Assembly: GCA_009602725.1 (NCBI GenBank) | Contig: WELB01000006.1 | Location: forward strand, 404,687-468,686 | Source: Spirogloea muscicola | Taxonomy: Eukaryota | Length of the DNA: 64,000 bases | Direction of reading: 5' to 3' | Part shown: positions 1 to 9,800 of the stretch, piece by piece | How the letters are laid out: every line of letters starts with the position of its first letter | How positions within the stretch are numbered: the first letter of the stretch is position 1 | Notes under the pieces: generated by a model | Database searches by the model: none | Told to the model about the DNA's origin: nothing | The model's input: the letters and a program-made list of their open reading frames with translations, nothing else | Made by a program: the position numbers and the translations under genes

Positions 1-161
1 GCAAGCTCCTTGTATCCCGACCCCTTCCAGCTTTTGAGCTCCATTAGTGTCGTGCTGCCAGTTACTCTGCATTAATAGCGTCAATTTCGCAGCCGCGCGT
101 AAACTGACGTTACTAGGAGCAAGATATACACCCTTCTTTGCGAAACAAACAGGAGAGCGCG

Positions 162-542
162 ATGTCACCCAGCAAGCGCCCGTGCATAGAGGTAGAGAAT
201 CGGAGGCGCCCAGCGTATGCCCGCGACCCTGTAGAGGACTTTGTGTCCATAATAAGAGAGGAGCGCGGTTGTACACAGGATGTCTACAGAGCAAATCTGA
301 TGTTCCTAAGGAGCCTCATAAACAACTGCCACATACCAAAGTCTAGCATTATATGGGATAATGATTGTATCCACAAGATTCACGGCGTAAGGCTAGATCG
401 CGAGAACAGGATAGTGTACGAGAGGGCGCAGAGTAAAAGAGAAGATGATATCAGGGACGAGCCTCATACAATGTCTGTAAACCTGTTGTCACTAAAAGAG
501 GCTGTTTTAAGGGAGAAAAGATGGAATACCATGCAACATTAG
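162..542 (+). CDS. Intronless hypothetical protein, probably of large DNA virus (NCLDV-like) origin
   Basis: Clean ORF (ATG 162, TAG 540-542) with no introns and lower GC than host exons. It overlaps the next ORF by 22 nt. The segment VEDFVSII...LRSLINNCHIPKSSIIWDNDCIHKIHGVRLD resembles, from memory only, the C-terminal part of the iridovirus/pithovirus FV3-21L/IIV3-056L-type family. Confidence 0.5.
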   Translation: MSPSKRPCIEVENRRRPAYARDPVEDFVSIIREERGCTQDVYRANLMFLRSLINNCHIPKSSIIWDNDCIHKIHGVRLDRENRIVYERAQSKREDDIRDEPHTMSVNLLSLKEAVLREKRWNTMQH

Positions 543-847
543 AGGATTGGGCTTATTTTTTTGACGAAGAAAGGCTAAAATTGACTCTCAGCTACCTTAG
601 GGAGTTTCACAGCAAATTTCAGGTTATTCCCAGGCCTTGCTACGAGTTCCGAATGTTCAAGATGATGCGCCCAGAGGCGGTAAGAGTAGTGATGGTAGGG
701 CAATCGCCTTATCCTGGCGTGTGCCCTGTCACCCATGTGGAATATGCGTTTGGGCCTGCTTTCTATCCAAATCCTAGGTGCGCTACAACACCGGTTACGC
801 TCCGCTTTATTATGGCCGAGCTTTGCCGGGATCTAGGGAATCATTGA
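521..847 (+). pseudogene. Uracil-DNA glycosylase (family 1, UNG-like), N-terminal half only, viral-like
   Basis: The translation has IPRPCYEFRMF...PEAVRVVMVGQSPYP...AFGPAF...PVTLRFIMAELCRDLG. This matches the UNG-1 pattern (P..VKVVILGQDPY...A.GL.F...PPSL.NI..EL..D). It stops at 845-847, before the expected WAxQGVLLLN and HPSP motifs, where the sequence turns GC-rich. Confidence 0.7.
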
Positions 848-1030
848 CGAGGTCAGGAGGGGCGAGGTGGGGCCCAGTCCGGCTGTCACGCGGCCGCAGT
901 CAGCTGGACGTTGTGACAGTTGACCGGCCGATCGGTCGTGGGCCGCTCCGAGGAACCGATGTCCAGGATTGGGAAGATGGGTGTGGGGGGGNCTGCTGTC
1001 CTGAGCTTCACCTGGCCTGCACATCAAGGC

Positions 1031-1034
<4 letters not shown>

Positions 1035-1080
<46 letters not shown>

Positions 1081-1103
1081 ATATATATATATATATATAT
1101 ATA
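1035..1103. repeat. Compound microsatellite (GA)n followed by (TA)n
   Basis: Directly visible perfect GA run 1035-1076, followed immediately by an AT run. Confidence 0.97.
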
Positions 1104-1739
1104 AGAGCAGCTCAAACAGGAGCGAGAGAGGGGGAGAGGTATAATGCAAGTGGGAGAGAGTGCTCAAGAAAAATGGAAGAGAGAGGGAGAGCTAGGAAGG
1201 AAGTGGGAGGAGATGAAGCAGCTCCTCCGAAGTAAGAGGGAGAGTGAAAGAGATAGAGCGGGAGGAGAGAGCCAGCGTGGGGAGGGGAGGGCGTGGGGCA
1301 GCCAGCAACTGCAGAGCCATACCGGCGCGGCTTGGCGTCTGCGGCGCCGCTAGCCTGCCTACCTGAGCTGGCCTCGAGGCTGCACCATGGCACTTGCTGG
1401 GCTGATTGCTGAGCTGCCAGCTTGACGCCCACTTGGCATGACACGACCCACGTTGGATGCGGAGTCGGCTGTGCGAGGCGCGGGACTCTGGCAGTGACTA
1501 TAGAACGTTGAAGTGGCGTCTCGAGAGACCAGCACCAAGCTTGCTTGCAATTGTGCAGCGGCAAGCCATTGGCCTCCAGCGAGGCTAAGCCACCAGCAGC
1601 TATGCAGCGGCCTGCCGCTGGCTCCACTGGCAGGACCCTCATGTTGCGCTGTAGGCGCTTTATCCTCGCTTTCGTGAGCAGCATTCTCCTGCTTCCACTC
1701 TCACAGCCGACTTCACACCAGGCAGCAGGCTCCTGTGGC

Positions 1740-3250
1740 CTTCTCGGAATCCCTCTGGGCAAGATTGTCTACGTCACCAAGTTATATGGAGCTAACGTAA
1801 TCACGAGTCCAGGCAGCCCTAGAGGATCTGGGCAAGCCATTCTTATCTTTGACTTCAGAGTGAGCAGCAAGGCCTTGTAGAAGCTGTACTAATATGGAAG
1901 CAGATTGTCAGGACGAAGTTTTCATGTACTGGATTGCGTCTCATTCTGAGCTGTGAGTCGATGCTTAGGACCTCTTGTTCCTTTTTGAGTTGCTAGCGAA
2001 ATGCGTGGCTGCCATTATTCAGGAATGGCAGCCACAAGCTGTACAGGCACAAGATGCCAGACGCTCTTCGAACAAGTTGCTGAATGTGAAAGTTCTTGCA
2101 TTGCAGCTCCTACTGGTCACGTACAAAATCTGGGATCTCAAAGGCATATCCGAGCCAATCTCAGCTGGTCTGTTTGTTGGTTCATACTATGGCGATGGAC
2201 CGCTAATTGTGGATCTAATGACTATCGACACGTATCTCGACGCCCGTGTCGAGGTGAGCCGATGTCTTCTCGTTGAACACGAGTCTTTGTATGAGCTCTG
2301 ATTTTGTCATATGCTGGAGATTGTCATATCGCCCACCAACCAGCCGATGTATAGCTTTCCACAGTACCAGTGTCATTCCCGTCAGAGGAATCGGCTCACA
2401 AAGGCCCAGCGCAGTCGAGTTGTGACGACTTGAAGCTTGATAGACTATAAGCATTCTAATCAATGACACTTTCTGAGCATCGCAGTAGAGCCCGCACTTG
2501 ATTCTGCTTGAGGACTTACAGTGTCTGAGACGACCACCTTTCTCACCAACTTAATGTGGCCGTAGTCCTGCCAAATGTTGTCATGCTCATGCAGGATCTG
2601 GAAATTGAACTAAGTGGACGTATGTTTGCTCTTCAAGGAGTCGTACACGTGGATTACAGCACAATGAAGTACCTGGCCGATAACCCTGAGCTTTACAATG
2701 TCGTCGTTAGAAGCAGAGAGTATCCACTAGGTGCTGTAAGGGGACAGTTGGGACAGCTTGACTCCACAATCGTGTCATTCTCTGGTCAAGTGCTGTAATA
2801 TGATGGCCACCACCTTGTAATGGCCGCTTGCTTGGAGGTGGTTGACGTTTTCCGGCACCTTTCAATCTTGTCACCTTTCTGGGCTAGACTTCCACAGCCA
2901 TCGCTTTTCACTAGAAGATCGTCTGCTCTCATGGCGAGCAATATGCATGAGATCATCAAGTAGGCAGCTTCATCTTTCTGCAAGCAACTGGACTGGCATG
3001 ACACTGTACTCTGACCGACTACAGCAGCTACTTGCACATATGCCTGGATCGACTACAGCAGCTACTTGCACATATGCCTGGATAAGTGCATGCATGCTTC
3101 TCGCTCTGCCAAACTGGTGCAAATAGAAGCTGAAAGGTGCGATACCCTCGTCAGAGTTGAAGCCTCTACTCCGCTTGGCCTGCATTGAGAGGAGGAGCTG
3201 AAAATTGACGAGCTTCAAAGTCGCCCAAAGTGATTGCTGGCGTCCGTGCA
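1740..3250 (-). mobile_element. Highly decayed Ty3/Gypsy (chromovirus-like) pol remnant
   Basis: Minus-strand fragments broken by stops and frameshifts occur in Gypsy order: weak RNase H-like piece (~2950-2770); ILHEHDN..DYGH (~2600, integrase Zn finger-like); LIVYQASSRHNSTALGLCEPIPL (~2450-2370, like C..CQ..K....GLLQPLP); NPV..KLRPDNL..FHIS (~1935-1890); HITW*..VDNL (~1790-1760, chromodomain-like). No LTRs could be defined. Confidence 0.45.
3016..3083. repeat. Perfect 34-bp tandem duplication
   Basis: CGACTACAGCAGCTACTTGCACATATGCCTGGAT occurs at 3016-3049 and 3050-3083. Confidence 0.92.
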
Positions 3251-3887
3251 GATGCTAAATGCATTTTGCAACATTGCTCTTCATTCTACATCTCTGGGCT
3301 GGCCAGTCGTAGCAATCGCCCTCTACTGGAAGAGTCTTTCTCTCTTAAAAGACAAGCTTGTCAGTCCGCTGTGCATATTTGTATATTAGAATGAAGCAGC
3401 AAGCAGGCGAGATGCGAATGACGCCCAAAAGTCGTCACCTTATCGGGAATCGTTCTGCCTTGGGCATTGCTTGTGCTTGTAAGACACGCCCAACTTGCCA
3501 CCTCCAGTTGCTGAACGCAGAAACCAAGCAATACATAGTTGCTCTTCCATAGACCATAAGTAGCAACACTAGTAACCAATGAACCTATTCTTCCATGCGA
3601 TGAATTTATACTGTTCAGCATCTTTAATTTTACGAGCTTTCCATCAATTTATATCCTCTTAAACTTCGACGCCTACAATCTTGTCCGCCTGAGACGATGA
3701 TCAACATGTAAATGCACTACTCAAATAGTATGCTTTGTGGCATGTGTGGGCATCACAGCATAGCTGCCCAGACATTAGGACACAATTGAAATTGTCCATT
3801 AGCCCTACTTAAACATTCGATAACACACCTCTGTGAATTCTGATTGCCAATGCTTGGGCACTTGCAGTAAGAAAGGCAGCACATCGA

Positions 3888-6800
3888 CTAAAGTCCTAGT
3901 TGTTGCGTATCATCCTCGAGCGCAGTGCTCTCCGCTTCGCTCAAGGAGCCATCGCCGTCTTGCTTGACATCTATGTCATTGTTCAGCTCAAAGTGCCCAC
4001 TATTCTCCTCATTCAGAGGACTGTTGTTCCCCTCCTTAACAGCCTCTATCTGCTTTGCTTTTATCTCATCCTCGTCGCCATCCTGCATGTCAAGCTTTCG
4101 AGTCTGTTTGAGGAAGAACTCTGCCACGTCAGTCGCTGTATTGGCGTCCTCCGGCTTCTTGTCAACCCTCACTTGGAGGAATCGGGGGAACCTCATGGAG
4201 ATGCCTCTTGATGGGTGCACAAGTCCAACAGCAGCCTTGTGCACCGGCGAGACGGTCAGATCTGTCAAGCCCACAACCCACATCTGGTGACACATTAGAA
4301 CAAGATATTTCCATATTGAAGTTAATGTAAGCAAGCTAATACTCACATGCTCAGCTCCTAGATGGGTTCCATTGCAATTGCAAATTGCTCATTTACTTAT
4401 TTGATGGGAAGCTCAGTTACTTATAGTAGTATGCACCTGCTCCTCGCATTTCCCATACATCGTGGGCGGAGAACCAAACATCAGGCTGCTCATCAGTGAT
4501 GTAGTATGATGGTCTCCTATCTAGAACCCGCTGTTCCCGGTACAGCTTACTTGTCTGTCCATGTGCAAACAGATACACACAGTCAACTTGATAACCTATT
4601 TTTTGCTATATATATGGCTTGAAGCTCCTAAAATGTCGTGCACAGTAAAGCCATGTAACTTGACTTCAAGACTGACATCAACTCCAGTTGATGTCAGTTG
4701 TTGGCTAAGCAGAGCAATCTCTGCTTATAAGTGATAAAATCTTTGTGTACCATCTTGTGTTCGGTCAGGTGTCACAGTACCTCTGCATAGAAAGCATCTG
4801 TGAAGCCGGAGATGCAACGGCAGACGCTTTGGTACTCCTCTCTGTCTGGGTCGTAGCATGCCAAGAGGAAGGGACTGAACCTGCCAATCTCACAAGCAGA
4901 TGGGTTTGTCAGATTTATGCTGACATACATTGAAGTCAAGCTCGCCAGTGGGAGTACTGCTTACCACTTCACTTTACGTCCTTGGCCGTACCATGCCCCA
5001 ATGGGGACTAAGTCCAAGGTATCATGCATGCCTTCGACATAGTCCTTCTTCACCTGCATTCAAGGGACTAGCAGCAGGTCATTTTTGCAGTTGCATCTTC
5101 TTGTCTGGCAAAGTCTTACATAGATTGCAGATGAGAGTTTGTTCTTGTGGGTTTCAGAAGCACCTTGAGCCATGCATCGCTCCTTTTGGCTGCATAATCC
5201 GAGCCTTCATCGAGTGCCTTCACCATGACTCCCTCAGAGCCCGCTTGGAGTGCTTCACTGAGAAAGCTCTCTACAGCCTGCGTCCTGTCTCCCTCGTCGT
5301 CCACTTCCTGAGGTTCTAACTGCAGCAAGAACAGCGAGAACAACCTCAGCTATGACCAGCATAGCAAAATGCTCTGAACCTCAGAAGCACCTCAAATAAA
5401 CAGAAAAAGGCTTAAAAACCCCTGAGTCTACAGTTCGTCAAGCTCGCTGAACAGGCTCTGGTTGGCCATTGCCAGTTGCACAACATGGACCACTCATGTC
5501 TGTCCAGCATTGCTCAATGTTCCGACAATAGTAACCGGACTTTCTGGGTCGGAGCTTGCACACAGTGCCAACATATGCTCTCGTAAAGGTTACCCACCAT
5601 AATCTGGTCCGCATAGTTGAAGTAGCCTGCCTTTACGTTTGGGAAGACCTCGTACATCTCTGCAAGCACACAAGATCGTTGCAAGAATGACGGATTCTGA
5701 CCACTGAACGCTGTAGAGGAAGTCAATAAAGTCCAATAAGGTCAATCAATCTAATGTAGCCTGTGAGCACATGACTGGCAGGAACACTGGCAGCGGCTCC
5801 TACTTTTCCGTCGCTCCCGAAAGGACGCCTTCACCAAGCTGCACGCAAGGAGAGCGCCAAGTCATGTCAGGAGGAATTTTGCAAAACGGAGACTGCTGTG
5901 ATTAGAGGCAGAGACTCCATCAATAATTGATGGCAAAAAGGCAGCCAATAATTTCAGATGCATGACATAAACATTGTATCATCTTGATTGTCCTACGTTT
6001 GCATCTTTGGGTTCACACTTGACATGCTACTGGAGCAGCCATAGATGCTTGTGAATCACTTGCACTGGGCATTGCAACGTACGGATTCCCGTCCACATAC
6101 AAGATGTCAAAGACGAAGATGCACACATCAACCTGCACACAGGAAAGGCAGGCACAACACATTTCTGAAAGGACGCAGGGGACACAGCTGGAGACAGTCA
6201 TCAGCTGTAAATCTTAAGACAATGGTTGTACAGCAAGCACATGACACCTGACAGAGACGGCTTACGTCCATTGTCCATAATGTCTGCTTGGCTTTGCAGC
6301 GTCAAAGCAGACTGGGGTGCTCGCACACCTTGATCGACACCAAGCTGACACTTGCTCCATCGCGGCCGCCCCTCTCCCGCGTGCTCAGGTGCTGGAAAGC
6401 CCTCAAGCGGTTTCCGTCTGCTCTATCGACGGCCACCACCTGCCAGGCAGGGAGTGCTTGAGTCCATTGAATGAGCAGGCCCATGTTGCTCCAATGCGTA
6501 TCTAGCAAATGGTCCCATTTGTGTGATCCTGGTGGCCCTTAATATCCAATAAGGTCGTCGTGCCTGGACTTCTCCAAGAACTCTTGGACATGCCAGAATA
6601 ATCATCTCCAGGACTGCATTAGATTACACCCTACAGAGAAATCTGTAAGCAGATAACATAGTCAGCCACCGTGAGTATGTTGAGTGTCATACATCAGTCA
6701 ATCTGCAAGTGGGCTTCTGTGTACCTCACTGTCAATTATGAAAGATTGTATGCCGGCCTTGGCAGCATCTCTGACGATGTCGGATACGTCGGGAAATCGT

Positions 6801-9800
6801 GCAGTCATGTCGTCAGAGTTCCTGGAGAAGATCCTGATATCACCTCCTGGCAGCAAGTGGATCTGAGCGCGTTGCCCATCATATCTGCACACACTTCCCC
6901 CTTATAAGCCTTCATACTTCCTTTGAGTCTTAGTGCAATTGCCGGCTTAAGCTCACCTTTACAGTCGAGGACCTTGTCCTTCTGACAGTGCCAAGAGGAG
7001 AGGCTGCCACAGAGAGGCATTGACTGGACTTATGTGAATCTCTGAGCCAGTTGTACCAATACAACTGGAGGCCTTGGACTCTGAGCACAAAGTTCCAATT
7101 GGGCTTGAGGGCTTGTATACGGACTTGTATTCACAGGTGAATGCTTGGCCTTGGAACCTCTTCAGCACCTCTGGCGTGCCATTGGTTATCCTGCAGACAC
7201 ACATGATGGCCAGATTTTCACCATGATTGGAGCATGCAAGTTCTTGTTCACTAATTTCTCCTCAGTTGCTGGGTGACAGCTGGTTTTGAACAAAAGCTTG
7301 CACAACCTTCTCAATCATTATGTCTGACCTTCCAGAATATCAGTACAGAGTGTAACTCAAGCAAGTCAAGCCATTCATGTGCAATGCACCAAACAAGCCG
7401 TGATACTTTCATCCGCGAATCTTGCATGCAGATACCAGCAAATCATATTCAGCTTCTAGTAGCACCATGCGTGCCTGTTCATCATGGTAAGTAAGTGACA
7501 GAAGTACAAGCAAAAGGGCCAGAGCCCGTAAATAAGCAACACAAAACCCACTTGGCCAGCATAGGCTTGATGGGCGTGCCAGGTGACACAAAACCGGCCG
7601 CGGCCATGGCCTCCACCCCTCCCTCCATCATGGCAGGCACCAGCAGATCCTGTGCAGCTTTGCTCAATGAGCACCCCGCAAGGACGAGCCTGCATGTTCT
7701 TGACTTGTCTTGCATGCATGCAATGTGGTGATGCGAAGCAAGTTCACTGCTGAATATATATATACCAATCCCTTCTGGTCAAAGATTTTGCAATTATAGA
7801 GCAGCTAACATCCTGCTTGGACTACGTGACCTGCTGACATCCTGCTTGGACTGCATGCTGTGACCACCTACCAGGTTCGGCAAGTAATTGTAGGCCTCCA
7901 CGGCAGCAGCAGCTGCAGTCTGTCTCATGACAGCCAGGAGGGATGAGCTTCAACTCAGCCAATCCATTCAGCATGCGCAAATGGACACACAGTATGTTTC
8001 TCATTGTCATGTACCATCAGGTATGTGGAAGGAGCGAGCTAATATAAGGTTGTCCTTGAGTTCCAGGATCATCGTGAGGTGCAAGGACCTGCAGCTGTGA
8101 TTTCAAGATGTCGACAGCTGCAACTGGAGCACGGTGGATGAGGACTGCCTGCGCCAGAGCTGGAAGCACAGTTCTGATGTTTGCGCCAATTCGCATGTTT
8201 TGGACCTGGAGAAGAGTTGGATAAATGAGCAAGTAACAACTAGCACATGTATATGAGAAATGGCAGCCATAAGAAGACATATCTCCTCAAAGATTGCACA
8301 GAAGTCATGAGCTTCTTTCATGACTTCTGTGCAATCTCTTGACTTGTCTGTGCTTTTACGCATGTGGGGCGCTTCCATGATTAGATTGGTGCACATACAA
8401 GCGTGCGAACGAGGAACTGTGTTTCCTTCTCCCGACATGCTCTCAAGAGGCCCATGATGAGAGCCTTCTTTCTTGCGCCACTGCCGCTTCCACCCTCCTT
8501 GCTGATCTCACAAGATCATGAAATACATGATACACATGAATAAAGAAGGATCTTCCTCTTGCCCGTCACTAATGTGACGGACAAATCACATTAGTGATAT
8601 TATGTCGAAGATCATAGAAGTATCTTATCCTAATTATATCTATTTGTAGAGACGATGCTTGGGCTTGGCCGACACTTCTAAAAGGCACGTGTCACCATCT
8701 GAACACCACTGCCACCGCCTGGGCAGGTGCCCGACAATGTAAATGTTCTCACACTTGGCAATGCACCTTCTCTGCATTGTCCACCAGTTGCAAATAAGGC
8801 ACATGCATGCAGCACAATGATGGAAGGGCCTTGTCAATCACCTGATCTTCATGAGGGTGGAAAACACCTGCTGAATCGTGAGCGGGGGGACGCAAACAGC
8901 ATGCCCTGCGTCTGGCGGCAAGCCTGTGCCGCATCCCCTGCATAGCAGACAGTGACACAATTAACAAAAGACACGTGCCGCATCCCCTGCATAGCAGACA
9001 ATGACCACAAGTAACAAAAGACACCGTGAAGTCCTCAGGAACTGAGTAACTACAAGTAGTACCAAGTCAAACATGATTGAGAATGACATGATGCAACTTG
9101 GGTTGACCAGCAGTTCAAGCAAAGGCACCGGGAAGCTCGTATCACAGAGTGGTGTCAGATGCGTAGGACAGCTGACCCAGATCGCCGGTTGATGTGTACA
9201 GTTCCCGGATTCGGCTCCGAGGAATGCCAGTTGCTCCAACCACAGCCTCGGCGACTGTACTTCCGCCAACATTCAAGTCCTGTGACAGCAATGTGGTAAC
9301 ACGTGGACTGGCTTGGCTGAGCTTGGCGTGAGAAATGAAAGGCCTTCTCAAACGGGGCCAAGAAAGGACAGCTTCGTGGACATGGCTACGCTTAACTTTG
9401 ACAATCAAAGGGGCTAGATGCTCACCACATTCTGAAAGTCAGGGGCGAGCTTGTTGAGTGCGAGGTAGAGGGCAGGTAACACGTCACCCTGTGCAAGTGC
9501 GAGCAAGCTGCACCACAGGCAGGCGGGCAGGATGTGCACCTTACAGCTTGAGCAGGCAGTTAGAAGATACCTTAGCTTCACATAGATCTTCACAGACCAT
9601 ATACGGGTCACGTTCAGTGATGATATTACATTGCGCTCATCTTGCATGCACTTGACAGAGCAGCAGAGGACCTCATAAAGACCAGACCTGCGAAACATGT
9701 TGCAGAGCATGTCGGTGCTCTTGAGCCGCCCGCTCTCCTTCTCGAGCACCTCGAATGTCCTTGCCAGGTGCAGATACGGCGCGGGCTCCCCGGCAGACCA

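Noticed and set aside
78..112. Mimivirus-like early promoter (AAATTGA on the minus strand) and a TGACGT motif between the viral-like ORFs
   Set aside because: Only a 7/8 match to a short AT-rich motif, which is expected by chance. No support without more viral sequence.
883..920. TGTCAC...TGTGACA as LTR termini
   Set aside because: Too short, with no second LTR, PBS or polypurine tract in the right position.
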